Origin: an uncultured Nitrososphaerales archaeon | Lineage (GTDB): Archaea > Thermoproteota > Nitrososphaeria > Nitrososphaerales > Nitrososphaeraceae | NCBI GenBank assembly: GCA_963695855.1 | Contig: CAVOHZ010000010.1 | Location: forward strand, 1,408,001 to 1,472,000 | DNA length: 64,000 nt | Reading direction: 5' to 3' | Part shown: positions 1 through 10,855 of the stretch, in pieces | How positions within the stretch are numbered: position 1 is the stretch's first letter | Layout: every line of letters starts with the position of its first letter | Notes under the pieces: generated by a model | What the model saw: only the letters and a program-made list of their open reading frames with translations | Database searches by the model: none | Told to the model about the DNA's origin: nothing | Position numbers and translations under genes: made by a program

Positions 1-43
1 AGCAGAGAACATAATATAAAAGAAGAATGTACATATTACTTTA

Positions 44-61
44 TCCTTAAGTTAACAGGGC
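44..61. repeat. IS6-type terminal inverted repeat, same family as the MITE at 9029-9127; the element probably extends left of the window
   Basis: The reverse complement GCCCTGTTAACTTAAGGA nearly matches GCCCCGTTAACTTAAGGA at 9030-9047. Confidence 0.6.
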
Positions 62-296
62 AGTTTATAATGATGTTTTAAATCTTGGATAATTTGAATT
101 CCACATGCTACGGCGAGTAAAGATGATATTACAATTGGTATTACAATATCACCAGCTATAGATATTTTTTTAGATTTATTGTTTGTTTCATCCCTACTGG
201 ATAGCTAGTTAGATGAATTTCTCGAATAGCCTTAGTTTCTACCATATATTACCCGTGTATATCAAGTTTAAATCAATTTTTCTGTATCTATAACTT

Positions 297-493
297 CGAA
301 AGAGTGATGCAGTATTTCAAGGATAGAACAGAATGTTGTGATGATTACTATCCTTGTACCAGGAATAGTATAAAATGTGATCTATCACATGTATACAATT
401 GGATCAAACTATTCCTTTATCTATACACCGCAAAAAATAGAAATGAACTTGTATTCAAAATTGGAGGTGAAATATTCTTAACTTAACAGCACC
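297..493 (+). mobile_element. IS6-family remnant (transposase C-terminus plus right end)
   Basis: ERVMQYFKDRTECCDDYYPC...HVYNWIKLF aligns with 36372-36569 (ERVNQYLKDRIESFDDYSPC...HVHNWIQFF); it ends in TTAACAGCACC, like the TTAACACAGCC end of the full copies. Confidence 0.8.
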
Positions 494-1089
494 ACTTCCT
501 TAATAGATCTCAATTTGAAAGTTTATTGATCACAAATCGAGTAATATGTCATTTGTCATAAAATTTCATCTATTATAATGTTGTTCTAAAGTATTTTTTT
601 ATAATAGTCACAATTTATTATTGTGATAGAAAACTAGTTAGAATTATTTTTCATGTTCTATGCTTTTATAATCTATCTACTTTAAAACCAATAATCTATA
701 TCTTGCAGTGTTTTGTGAAATTCTAATGCTAATGGAGTAAGACTATACGATATTTCATTAGATTTATCGTTGGAGTTATTGTTATGACTGTTTTCGCTCG
801 CTTTAACTGATACAATTTTCACATAAAACTTTATTGCTTATTACTGATAATATTTTTTTGATTCACTAAAATGAAAAGATGAATTTGAGCGAGTCTTTGA
901 TATTAATAAAGGCAATTTTTTTACCTATTACTTGACCTATTTCACAAGCTTTAAAGATCTTTCTATTTTAGAAATTGATGATAATAAAATACAATATTAA
1001 TTTAAAATTTATTTTATAACACTAATCATTTCAACCTATCATTTCATGATTATATGAATATAGATCTGTTATGTTAATAAATGGTTAAG

Positions 1090-1104
1090 AAAATCCTTTT
1101 ATGT
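1090..1104 (+). promoter_or_regulatory. Candidate archaeal BRE/TATA for the ycaC operon (leaderless)
   Basis: AAAATCC-TTTTATGT lies about 28 nt upstream of ATG 1125; no Shine-Dalgarno. Confidence 0.5.
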
Positions 1105-1124
1105 ATGTTGGGTAATATCATTTA

Positions 1125-1787
1125 ATGACAAGTGAAAGCTTAGTCAATAATAAAATTCATAGCTTACTGACCCCTGACAACTGTACGTTAATAATGATTG
1201 ATTTTCAGCCGCAAATGGCCTTTGGTGTAAAATCCATAGATGGACAGACTCTAATTAATAATGCTGAAGGCCTTGCAAAGGCAGCAAAGATATTCAATGT
1301 TCCAACTATTTTAACTACAGTGGCAGAAAAAAGTTTTTCTGGTCCTATGTTCCCTCAGATAAAAAAAGTGTATCCAGATAAACAAATGATAGATAGAACT
1401 ACTATGAACTGCTGGGAAGATCGAAACGTAGTCTTAGAGGTAGAGAAAATTGGAAGGAAAAAACTAGTTTTAGCAGGACTATGGACAGAAGTTTGTATTG
1501 TAATGCCTGCTATTCAAGCCATGGAGGCAGGATATGAAATTTATGTTATAGCTGATGCATGTGGTGGAACATCAATTACTGCACATGATATGGCAATAGA
1601 GAGATTAATTCAAGCAGGAGCGGTACCTATGAGTTGGCTACAATTCCTATTAGAATTACAACGCGACTGGGCCAGGACAGACACATATGATGCGGTAATG
1701 AAAGTAGTAAGAGAAGATGCAGGTACATATGGACTTGGGGTAGAATATGCAAAAGCTATGCTAGGTGAGCATGCAAGAGAAGGTTAA
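1125..1787 (+). CDS. ycaC: Isochorismatase-family cysteine hydrolase, YcaC-like
   Basis: IDFQPQM, DRTTMNCWED and GLWTEVC (catalytic Cys) motifs; C-terminal ELQRDWAR. Confidence 0.9.
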   Translation: MTSESLVNNKIHSLLTPDNCTLIMIDFQPQMAFGVKSIDGQTLINNAEGLAKAAKIFNVPTILTTVAEKSFSGPMFPQIKKVYPDKQMIDRTTMNCWEDRNVVLEVEKIGRKKLVLAGLWTEVCIVMPAIQAMEAGYEIYVIADACGGTSITAHDMAIERLIQAGAVPMSWLQFLLELQRDWARTDTYDAVMKVVREDAGTYGLGVEYAKAMLGEHAREG

Positions 1788-1896
1788 ATAATAATAATGG
1801 AATCATTAATAAATAATACTAAAAATCAAATAAATACATATATTCACTATTTTTTCGGCATTTTCCCTAAATTATCATTAAAACTTGTCAAGATGA

Positions 1897-3852
1897 ATGG
1901 ATATGACTAAAGAGGTAGATCTTATTCTTATAAACGGTCGTATAGCGACAATAAATGATAATCAAAATTTTGTATCTTCTGTAGCTATAAAAGATGGTAT
2001 TTTTATTGCTGTAGGTAATAATGATGATAGCCTTTCTTACAAGGGAGATAATACAAAAGTTATTGATCTAAATGGACGAACAGTTATTCCAGGCTTAAAT
2101 GATTCTCATCTTCACATTATACGTGGTGGCTTAAACTATAATCTAGAATTAAGATGGGATGGTATACCTACTCTATCTGAAGCCTTGAATAGAATTAATG
2201 AGCAATCACAACATACTCCCAATCCACATTGGATCAGAGTAGTTGGAGGGTGGTCTGAATTTCAATTTAAAGAGAAAAGAATACCTACTATAGAGGAAAT
2301 TGAAAGAATTACTGGAAGTGTACCAGCATTTATTTTGCATCTTTATCATTGTGCAATGATTAATAAAAAAGCAATTGAAGCTACTGGATATAATAAAGAT
2401 ACACCAAATCCACCTGATGCAGAATTTGAGCATGATGAAACTGGTGATCTAACAGGCTTGATAACTGCAAAACCTGCAGCAACAATACTTTATCAAACAC
2501 TAGCCAAAGGTCCAAAACTATCTTCTGATGAACAAATCAATTCTACAAGGCAATTCATGTATGAACTCAATCGTTTTGGTGTCACTAGTGCTATTGATGC
2601 AGGAGGAGGATTTCAAAATTATCCTGACGATTACAAGGTAATAAGTGATTTAGCAAAAGAAGGTCTCCTTACCGTTCGTATTGCGTACAATCTCTTTACC
2701 CAGAGACCAAAAAAAGAATTAGAAGACTTTACAAACTGGATAAAAATGGTAAAGCCTGGTGAAGGAAATGATTTTTATCGTATGAATGGAGCTGGCGAAA
2801 TGTTAGTCTTCTCAGCAGCTGACTATGAAAATATATTGGAACCACGTCCAGATTTGGCAGAACAAATGCAGTCAGAACTAAAGGAAGTTGTTAAAGTTCT
2901 AGTAAAGAATAGATGGCCTTTTAGGATACATGCTACATACAATGAATCAATTACACGATTTTTAAATGTCTATGAAGAAGTAAATAATGAAATTCCCTTT
3001 AACGGTTTAAGATGGTTTTTTGATCATGCAGAAACAATATCAGAAGATAATATCAAAAGAGTAAAAAAATTAGGTGGAGGAATAGCAATACAAGACAGAC
3101 TTGCATTTCAAGGTGAATACTTTATTGAAAGATATGGAAAAGAAGTCTCAGAAAACTCCCCTCCTATAAAGAAAATAATTGAAATGGGTGTTCCTTTAGG
3201 GGCAGGTACTGATGCAACTAGAGTATCTACTTATAATCCTTGGATTTCGCTTTATTGGCTAGTAACAGGAAAATCAGTTGGTGGCACAACATTAAGGTCT
3301 AAAAATAATTGTCTTGAGAGAATGGAAGCACTTAGACTATATACGCTTGGTAGTGCATGGTTTTCAAATGAAGAAGAGAAAAAGGGTTCCATTGAAATAG
3401 GAAAATTTGCAGATCTTGCTGTATTGAGTGATGATTACTTTTCTGTTGAAGAAGAACAAATTAAAGAAATTGATTCTGTTCTTACTATAGTGGGTGGGAG
3501 AATAGTATATGCAAAAGAAGAATTTCAAAATCTTTCACTTGCATCTCTAGATGTTATTCCTTCATGGTCTCCTGTTTCTATTTTTGGTGGATATTATAGC
3601 TCAAGAAACAATCAAAATCAAATTCAAAATAGCAATAATTCATCATTATTACAACGACAAAAACAAATAACTGCAAATTCTAATATAGATCATAACAATA
3701 ACAACCATCTTGTTAAAGATAAAGATAAAAATAATGAAAATCAGAATTCATCAATAATAGATTCCAAAGGAATTAGTGTAGATAATAAAAATGTAAAAAT
3801 TCAATATAGTAATTATATGTGTGCATGTTGTGATGATTTTTTCTCTTTTTAG
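1897..3852 (+). CDS. Metal-dependent amidohydrolase (Amidohydro_3, YtcJ/NfdA-like)
   Basis: PGLNDSHLH, RIHATY, FDHAET, GAGTDAT and KGSIEIGKFADLAVL motifs. Confidence 0.9.
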   Translation: MDMTKEVDLILINGRIATINDNQNFVSSVAIKDGIFIAVGNNDDSLSYKGDNTKVIDLNGRTVIPGLNDSHLHIIRGGLNYNLELRWDGIPTLSEALNRINEQSQHTPNPHWIRVVGGWSEFQFKEKRIPTIEEIERITGSVPAFILHLYHCAMINKKAIEATGYNKDTPNPPDAEFEHDETGDLTGLITAKPAATILYQTLAKGPKLSSDEQINSTRQFMYELNRFGVTSAIDAGGGFQNYPDDYKVISDLAKEGLLTVRIAYNLFTQRPKKELEDFTNWIKMVKPGEGNDFYRMNGAGEMLVFSAADYENILEPRPDLAEQMQSELKEVVKVLVKNRWPFRIHATYNESITRFLNVYEEVNNEIPFNGLRWFFDHAETISEDNIKRVKKLGGGIAIQDRLAFQGEYFIERYGKEVSENSPPIKKIIEMGVPLGAGTDATRVSTYNPWISLYWLVTGKSVGGTTLRSKNNCLERMEALRLYTLGSAWFSNEEEKKGSIEIGKFADLAVLSDDYFSVEEEQIKEIDSVLTIVGGRIVYAKEEFQNLSLASLDVIPSWSPVSIFGGYYSSRNNQNQIQNSNNSSLLQRQKQITANSNIDHNNNNHLVKDKDKNNENQNSSIIDSKGISVDNKNVKIQYSNYMCACCDDFFSF

Positions 3853-3904
3853 AAGTAGCAATTTCAAACCATGGAACGAATAACAAACAAGGTAACAATT
3901 CTTT

Positions 3905-5557
3905 ATGAAAGATGATATAAGTTCTCAAAAAGAAAATAATAATAATAAAGAACAGAAAAAAATGGAAGTAGGCAGATCTGGTTGGGAACCCATATTACAT
4001 CACCCCATTTATAGGGCATTATGGATTGCAACCGTCGTTTCAAATATTGGCTCATCAATGCATGATACTGGGGCTATGTGGCTTATGACTTCCCTGTCTG
4101 ATTCAGCGTTTCTCGTTACTTTGATACCAGCTGCAGCTAGCTTGGCGATTGTTGTTATGGCGTTACCTGGTGGAGCTCTTGGAGATGTTCTTAATCGTCA
4201 TAAGCTTCTTATGATTAGTCAAGGCTATATGCTAGCAATAGCATTTGCACTTGCTATTGTTACCTTGTTTAACATGACTACTCCGTTATTGTTAGTACTA
4301 TTAACATTTGCCTTAGGACTAGGAGCAGCATTAAGTACGCCATTATTGATACGCCTTTCTTTAGAGATGGTCTCTAAAGAAGAATCTCAATCAACTATTA
4401 CTCTTGGTGGAGTTGCAATTAATATAGGAAGAGCAGTGGGACCAACTGTTGGTGGTTTTATAATTGCTTTAAGCGGACCTTGGGCAGTTTTTTTAATTAA
4501 TTCTCTAACTTTTATATCAATTATTATTGTATTAAGAAGATGGTCTAGTAGTGACCATCGAGAACAAAATACTACTCTACCTCCTGAACATATCACTGGA
4601 GCTATCCGAGCCGGGATTAGATATCTAAAATATTCTCCTGATGTTCAATCTGTCCTAATACGTGCTACAGCCTTTACAATTTTTGGAAGTGCATTATTTG
4701 CATTATTGCCTTCTCTTGTAAGAAATACTTTGGGATTTGGCTCTGCTGAATATGGATTACTTTTAGGAGCTTTAGGCATAGGAGCTATAATTGGTGGTAC
4801 AATTATGCTTCCAAAAATAAGACAAATAATCTCTATTGATTGGCTAGTTGTGGCTGCAAGTATATTATTTGCAATAACTATGATTTTGCTTTCACAACTT
4901 GATAATTTCCTTCAAATCTTTGTAGTAATGATTGGAAGTGGAATAGCATGGATTACTCTTTTATCCAGCTTTAATTTTTCTGCTTTTAAAGCAGGTAATG
5001 AATGGGTAGCAACGAGATTACTAGCTACTTATCAAGCAGTGTTTCAAGGTGGAATAGCTGTTGGAAGTCTCATATGGGGACAAGTTTCAATATATTCTGA
5101 TGTACGTACTGCATTGATTTTATCAGCCGTTGGTCTAGTGATAGGCTTAATATCTTTTACAAGATATCGGTTGATAAAAAAAGGTGAAATTGATAAGACA
5201 TCTTATGCTCACTGGCCAATTCCAAATGTTATATTTGAATCTGGAAAAGAAGAAAAACCTGTAATGATAGAAATAAAGTATAAAATTGATCCTATAAATA
5301 AAAAGGAATTTGAAACAATTATGAAAGAATGGAGTAGAATTAGAAAAAGAGATGGAGCCATTCATTGGGCCTTGTATTATGATGGAGAAAATCCTAGTGA
5401 GTACATTGAAACTTTTATATTAGAATCTTGGGAAGAACATCTTCGACAGCATGAAAGATTTACTGTAGCTGATAGAGAAATAGAAGATAAAGTTCGATCT
5501 TTCCATATTGATAAGAATCCACCTATGGTTTCCCACTTTATAGCAGAGTCTTTATAA
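3905..5557 (+). CDS. MFS transporter (MFS_3 type) with C-terminal soluble domain
   Basis: About 12 hydrophobic segments; YRALWIATVVSNIG start; C-terminal RRKRDGA-like and ESWEEHLRQHERFT motifs. Confidence 0.9.
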   Translation: MKDDISSQKENNNNKEQKKMEVGRSGWEPILHHPIYRALWIATVVSNIGSSMHDTGAMWLMTSLSDSAFLVTLIPAAASLAIVVMALPGGALGDVLNRHKLLMISQGYMLAIAFALAIVTLFNMTTPLLLVLLTFALGLGAALSTPLLIRLSLEMVSKEESQSTITLGGVAINIGRAVGPTVGGFIIALSGPWAVFLINSLTFISIIIVLRRWSSSDHREQNTTLPPEHITGAIRAGIRYLKYSPDVQSVLIRATAFTIFGSALFALLPSLVRNTLGFGSAEYGLLLGALGIGAIIGGTIMLPKIRQIISIDWLVVAASILFAITMILLSQLDNFLQIFVVMIGSGIAWITLLSSFNFSAFKAGNEWVATRLLATYQAVFQGGIAVGSLIWGQVSIYSDVRTALILSAVGLVIGLISFTRYRLIKKGEIDKTSYAHWPIPNVIFESGKEEKPVMIEIKYKIDPINKKEFETIMKEWSRIRKRDGAIHWALYYDGENPSEYIETFILESWEEHLRQHERFTVADREIEDKVRSFHIDKNPPMVSHFIAESL

Positions 5558-5581
5558 AAAAAGAAGTATAAGAAGAATTAG

Positions 5582-6574
5582 ATGAATAGTACAAATAATG
5601 TATTAGGAATTCATCATGTTACTGCAATTTGTAGCAATCCGCAAAAAAATATCGATTTTTATACAAAGTTATTAGGATTACGATTGGTCAAATTAACCGT
5701 TAATTTTGATGATCCAACAACATACCATATATATTATGGAGATGAAATAGGGCATCCTGGAACTATTCTTACTTTCTTTCCTTGGCCTGATGCTCCAAAA
5801 GGTTATAGAGGAACAGGTCAAGCTATAACAACATCTTTTTTAATACCTTTAAACTCTGTTGATTTTTGGAAAGATCGTCTAAAGAATAATGATATTGGTT
5901 TTGAAGGACCTACAAAACGTTTTGACAAGGAAGAGCAAGTAATAAAACTCTATGATCCTGATGGTCTCGAACTAGAACTAGTCGCTCATTCATCAGCAAA
6001 GGAAAATGATGAAAGATTTTGGAAAGATGGTCCAATATCATATGAAAATGGTATAAGAGGATTCTATTCTGTAAGTTTATCAGAAGAAGGATATGAACGC
6101 ACCTCTGAAATATTAAAAGATATGGGGTACAAAATGATAGAAAATGAAGGTAACCGTTTTCGTTTTCAAATAGAAGATTCACAACCTAATACTGGCGCAA
6201 AAAGATTAGATGTTCTCTGTTTGCCTTATACTCCTTATGGAAGAATTGGAATAGGAACAGTTCATCATATAGCTTTTAGAACATCATCGGATGAATCTCA
6301 AATATCAATTAGAAAAAATATTATAAAAATAGGACTAAATCCGACGCCAGTAATTGATAGAACCTATTTTCATTCAGTATATTTTAGAGAACCTGGAGGA
6401 GTTTTATTTGAAATTGCTACAGATCCACCGGGATTTACAGTAGATCAAAAAGTACAAGATCTAGGAAAAATACTGATGTTACCACAATGGCTTGAACCCA
6501 TGAGAGGAAGATTAGAAAGGGTATTAACAAAGATAGAATTACCTCACTATGATAATAAAGATAAATCAAAATAA
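5582..6574 (+). CDS. Ring-cleaving dioxygenase, VOC family (MhqO/MhqA-like)
   Basis: GIHHVTAI, TVNFDDP, GTVHHIAF and YFREPGGVLFEIAT motifs. Confidence 0.9.
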   Translation: MNSTNNVLGIHHVTAICSNPQKNIDFYTKLLGLRLVKLTVNFDDPTTYHIYYGDEIGHPGTILTFFPWPDAPKGYRGTGQAITTSFLIPLNSVDFWKDRLKNNDIGFEGPTKRFDKEEQVIKLYDPDGLELELVAHSSAKENDERFWKDGPISYENGIRGFYSVSLSEEGYERTSEILKDMGYKMIENEGNRFRFQIEDSQPNTGAKRLDVLCLPYTPYGRIGIGTVHHIAFRTSSDESQISIRKNIIKIGLNPTPVIDRTYFHSVYFREPGGVLFEIATDPPGFTVDQKVQDLGKILMLPQWLEPMRGRLERVLTKIELPHYDNKDKSK

Positions 6575-6600
6575 AGAGAATAAACAGGAGCAACAAGAAA

Positions 6601-7281
6601 ATGATTAAATCTAATGATTTTGGATTTCATCATATATTTATTAAATCTTCTTCTACTAATACTTCCAATAACAAAAGAGAATATGATGAAATAAATGGTA
6701 ATTTAACACTCGTACTATTACATGGAACAGGTGGAAATGAAGAAGATCTTATTTTCCTTGGAAAGGAAATTGAACCTAATGCATCAATATTAAGTTCCAG
6801 AGGAAAAGTATTGGAAAATGGTATGCCTCGCTTCTTTAGAAGATTGGCTGAGGGAGTATTTGATATAGAAGATCTTAAATTTAGAACTCATGAGCTTGCT
6901 GATTTCATTAAAAAATGTTCTTTACATTATAAGTTTGATTTAAAACATACAATAGCAGTAGGATTTTCAAATGGAGCTAATATTGCTACCAGTATACTAC
7001 TTCTGCATCCAGACGTATTTCGAGGTGCAATTCTTTTCAGAGCAATGGTTCCCTTAATTCCTAATCCTTTACCAGACCTTTCAGACAAAAAAGTACTATT
7101 AGCCGCAGGAGTAAATGATCCTATAGTCTCTAGAGTTGAAACAGAAAATCTTTATACTCTATTTCAAAAAGCTAATGCAAATATTGTATTAAAGTGGCAG
7201 CAATCAAGTCACAATTTAATTCAGGAAGATATATTTGTTGCGAGAAAATGGATATCAAATAATTTTTCTATTTCTATTTAA
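6601..7281 (+). CDS. Alpha/beta hydrolase, carboxylesterase (MhqD-like)
   Basis: LLHGTGGNE, RFFRRL, GFSNG nucleophile elbow, DPIV and His motif; follows the dioxygenase as in bacterial mhq clusters. Confidence 0.88.
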   Translation: MIKSNDFGFHHIFIKSSSTNTSNNKREYDEINGNLTLVLLHGTGGNEEDLIFLGKEIEPNASILSSRGKVLENGMPRFFRRLAEGVFDIEDLKFRTHELADFIKKCSLHYKFDLKHTIAVGFSNGANIATSILLLHPDVFRGAILFRAMVPLIPNPLPDLSDKKVLLAAGVNDPIVSRVETENLYTLFQKANANIVLKWQQSSHNLIQEDIFVARKWISNNFSISI

Positions 7282-7361
7282 ATTAGATAGGGAAGAAGTA
7301 AGTTAATATAATTCAAATAGTCCCTATTTTATATTTAGTCGTTAATTTTACAAGATTTTTA

Positions 7362-7651
7362 TGCCTCTCTCTGGGGTATATTAATTTTCAGCGTGTGACA
7401 ATTGTCACAGGGTTTACTATCACACATAGAAACTATTCTGGACCTAGAGAGAGCAATATTTTTTTTATTTCTATCTCGTTCTATGTCTATTAATTTAGTA
7501 GTATCATAAACAAATTCTGAATTACAAATTCTCGATATTATCATCAATATGATTTTTTATTGCTGCCTCTGGGGGTAAATTTGTTTTCAACGTGTGACAC
7601 CTTTCATGTGATACTGTCACACATAGAAACTATTTTGGAACCAGAGAGAAG
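7362..7651. repeat. Two imperfect ~90 bp direct repeats containing TGTGACA/TGTCACA motifs
   Basis: 7362-7453 and 7564-7651 share TGCCTCT..GGGGTA..TTTTCA.CGTGTGACA...TCACACATAGAAACTATT.TGGA; perfect palindrome TGTGACAATTGTCACA at 7394-7409. Confidence 0.8.
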
Positions 7652-7911
7652 AAAATTTTTTGTTATTAAAATAGGAAGTTATCAGAAAGAAATTTGTCAT
7701 AATAACTTTCCTGCTTGGAATACGTGTATTCAATTATTATTATTATTATTATAAAAAATCTATATTTTAAATGAATCATGTAAAATTTTCGTACCTGTTA
7801 CTGCTGACTACAAGGTTTTTAGAATCAGATGAATTATTCACTTAATTATGAAAATTACAAGTTCAATAATTTTATTGAATATCGTTAAGGATTATTTGTC
7901 TATGTTTTAAA

Positions 7912-8512
7912 TCAAGTTATCGGAGGAATTCCGTAATGATTAGGACGATATGGTATATACTCAATCATAGGTTTACCACTTATATTTTGAGAATTATTTC
8001 TCGTTTGTTTCAGTTTTTCCACTTCTGCTAACAGAGTTGAACGGGTTTCATCTAATTTAGTGACATCGTATGCAACATGAAGAACATTTTCAAAATTTTT
8101 AAAATCTATTTTGTTCCGTAATAGAAAATAGTATATCTTGAGCACATAATCTAGATGGCATTCATTATCAACATACAGGTTATACAATTTTTTCATCAGT
8201 TGCAATCGCAAAGATTCCGTCCAATATTTTCTTGCCTCTTCAAAACCTAAATTCAATTCGATTGCAATTTGTACTGGCGTTTTTCCTTTAAATAATAGTT
8301 CATAAGCTCTGCTGGTTTTAGAGATTTTTTTTAATGAGTTTATCTTCATTATCCCATTTTCTTTTTGTTTCTAATTGTAACTTTCGTTCGTATTTTTTTA
8401 GTATGGGTTTTATATCTCTTACAGTTACGTGAGCGATATGGGCTATTTCACCATATTTCTTTCCTTCCTCATGTAACTTTATAACTAAATCACGTTTTTC
8501 AAATTTATTCAA
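7912..8512 (-). pseudogene. Frameshifted HTH-containing hypothetical protein
   Basis: Overlapping ORFs 8318-8512 and 7912-8349 each carry an HTH-like segment (GKKYGEIAHIAHV; GKTPVQIAIELNL) and read as one gene. Confidence 0.6.
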
Positions 8513-9028
8513 ACTTGGAATTTCTATTTTGGGATTGAATTAAAAAAGTAGTTAATAAATGATATGGTATTGTATTTTCATTTATCTATCTTTTATTACC
8601 AATTGATACCTATTAATACCTATTATTTTTAACAAATTCATTAAAATCAAATAAATGTCATCAATTTATTACTACATTTTCTCCGGTTTTTTAATCTGAA
8701 TGAGTTGAACTTCATGTTCAAATCTATTTTATATGAATATTTTTTTGAAATGACCGTTTGAACCTTTATTTCCAATTGGCAGATTCAAAATATTGTGCGT
8801 AGAAAAATATCCAAAGTTAACTCCTTCATTTTTCATGAGCTAAGAAATTTATAATATAAAAATATATTTATTTTATATTTTTCATAGATTGACTTACTGT
8901 ATAAATTTGAAGATATCTCACTAAACATAATTATCTATTTTTAGATATTTTAAAAACTATAATTAAATATTAGTGGCTAAAAAATAAATGAAATATGATT
9001 TAACTATCTTGAAAAAGAGTAATAATTG

Positions 9029-9127
9029 GGCCCCGTTAACTTAAGGAGTAAATAGTCATATTATATAATTCTATTATACAATATTTTTTCAATTCTATCC
9101 GTCTATTTTCCTTAACTTAACACGGCC
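9029..9127. mobile_element. MITE (99 bp) with IS6-like terminal inverted repeats
   Basis: Left GGCCCCGTTAACTTAAGGA vs reverse complement of right GGCCGTGTTAAGTTAAGGA (16/19); AT-rich non-coding core; resembles the IS6 end GGCTGTGTTAATTTAAG in this window. Confidence 0.75.
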
Positions 9128-9522
9128 GTGAACTAGATGGATTCTATAAGGAAGTAGAATATATTACTTAAATAATTCTCATTATATTGAGTAAGAGCAG
9201 CAAAAGCATAGAAAGGTACAGTATTATTATTAAGCTAAATGTGTGAGATTTGACCCTTTGATAAAGTGGGACCAGTTAATGTAGTTTAAACCATAAAATA
9301 GAGATTCGAATGTTCTACTTTTTATAATTTTATTACTCTAATAATCATTTTTTGAATATATCTTTTTTATTGCTACTAATTTAATATATTATCATCAATA
9401 TTAAATCAGTCATATCAAAGAGAGAAAAGTAAAATGGAATATCTGAATACTTATCCAAGTGTTCTGAATTAATGTTTATATATATTCTACTTAATGTAAC
9501 TAATTCAATAGATGATTATTAA

Positions 9523-10035
9523 TTGAAAAAAAACAAAACAACTAGTAAAAAAATATCTTTAGCTGTTTTATCAATAATATTAATAGGATCGATTACTTTA
9601 ATGATTTTTTATTTTTTAAATCCACAAATAGAATATATTTATCAAAATGATAAATCAATTAGAACAGATAATCAAATCTTTGCAACCCTTTCAAATCCTA
9701 CAGGTATAGCGGCTGATAGTGCAGGAAATGTTTATGTTCTTGATACTGAAAATGAGATAATACAAAAGTTTACGACTAATGGTACATTTGTTAAAGAATG
9801 GAACATTCAAAAAACAAGAATATCAGATTTACTTCCTACAGGTATAGCGGCTGATAGTGCAGGAAATGTTTATGTTCTTGATACTGAAAATGAGATAATA
9901 CAAAAGTTTACGACTAATGGTACATTTGTTAAAGAATGGTAGAATGGTAAAATTAGACAATATATTATCTTCTCATGAAGGTATGTAGCAGCTGATAATG
10001 CAGGAAATATGTATGTTATTGACATAGATAACTTA
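9523..10035 (+). pseudogene. Truncated membrane-anchored NHL-repeat protein
   Basis: N-terminal TM helix; two identical PTGIAADSAGNVYVLD NHL repeats; stop at 9942; a degenerate third repeat follows (~9977-10035). Confidence 0.75.
9696..9939 (+). repeat. Exact 106 bp direct repeat (NHL unit)
   Basis: 9696-9801 is identical to 9834-9939 (offset 138 nt). Confidence 0.9.
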
Positions 10036-10189
10036 TAAAAGGAAAGGAATAGAAAGATTTAATTTCATTTATACTCAAAAATAATTATGAATGGGAAAGA
10101 CCAGATTTTGAAGAAGTATGTATTAACATGGAAGTTATTGGAACGTAAACACCGCTGATTACAAAGATATTTAAGTAAATAAATTAATT

Positions 10190-10742
10190 ATGTTATACAC
10201 ATTGGGCATTTATTATATTATCTCTTCTATATCTGATTTGGAGATTATGAAATGTTTGCTGTCCGATGCTAGAAAGTCAGTTGAGGATATTGCTAATGAA
10301 ACTTCGCTCTCGCCTAGAACCGTGGCAAGAAAATTAGGAAAAATGAGAGAAAACCATGTTTTACAATTTACTATTTCAAGAAAACTATCTTCTGTGCGAT
10401 TAACAGGTTATATGGAATTTGATGTCTAATTCATGTTGAAATACCTAGACACCAGAGCATACTTGAAAAAATATACCGTGAATTGGACGAATACTTGATT
10501 TATATTCCAGGTTGGTATCAAAGACAAGTTATTGTCGCAGTATTCTTTTGTGCGAACATTTCTACAGCCAATTTAATACTAAGAATATAGAATCTTATAA
10601 TGGACTCAATAAAGTCGAGTCGTTCATAAGAACTAATATAACAATTAATCAAAACTGGTTAAAGGGTGAGATTGATAAAAGAATAATAACAACCAATCAA
10701 AGCTATCTATCATCGTCGGCTGCTATCACAACAGAACACTGA
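10190..10742 (+). pseudogene. Lrp/AsnC-family regulator, broken
   Basis: DLEIMKCLLSDARKSVEDIANETSLSPRTVARKL HTH; in-frame stop at 10429 and a further frameshift. Confidence 0.75.
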
Positions 10743-10855
10743 CTATTTTTATACCTACACAATAAAAATCAGATAAATGTTAGAAAATTTATACCAAAAA
10801 AAACTATACCCTGACTTGCACAATACCTAAATCAATCTTATCTTTATATTGTTAC

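Noticed and set aside
7362-9939. Repeats as a possible CRISPR array
   Set aside because: Only two long copies each, no regular repeat-spacer period and no cas genes
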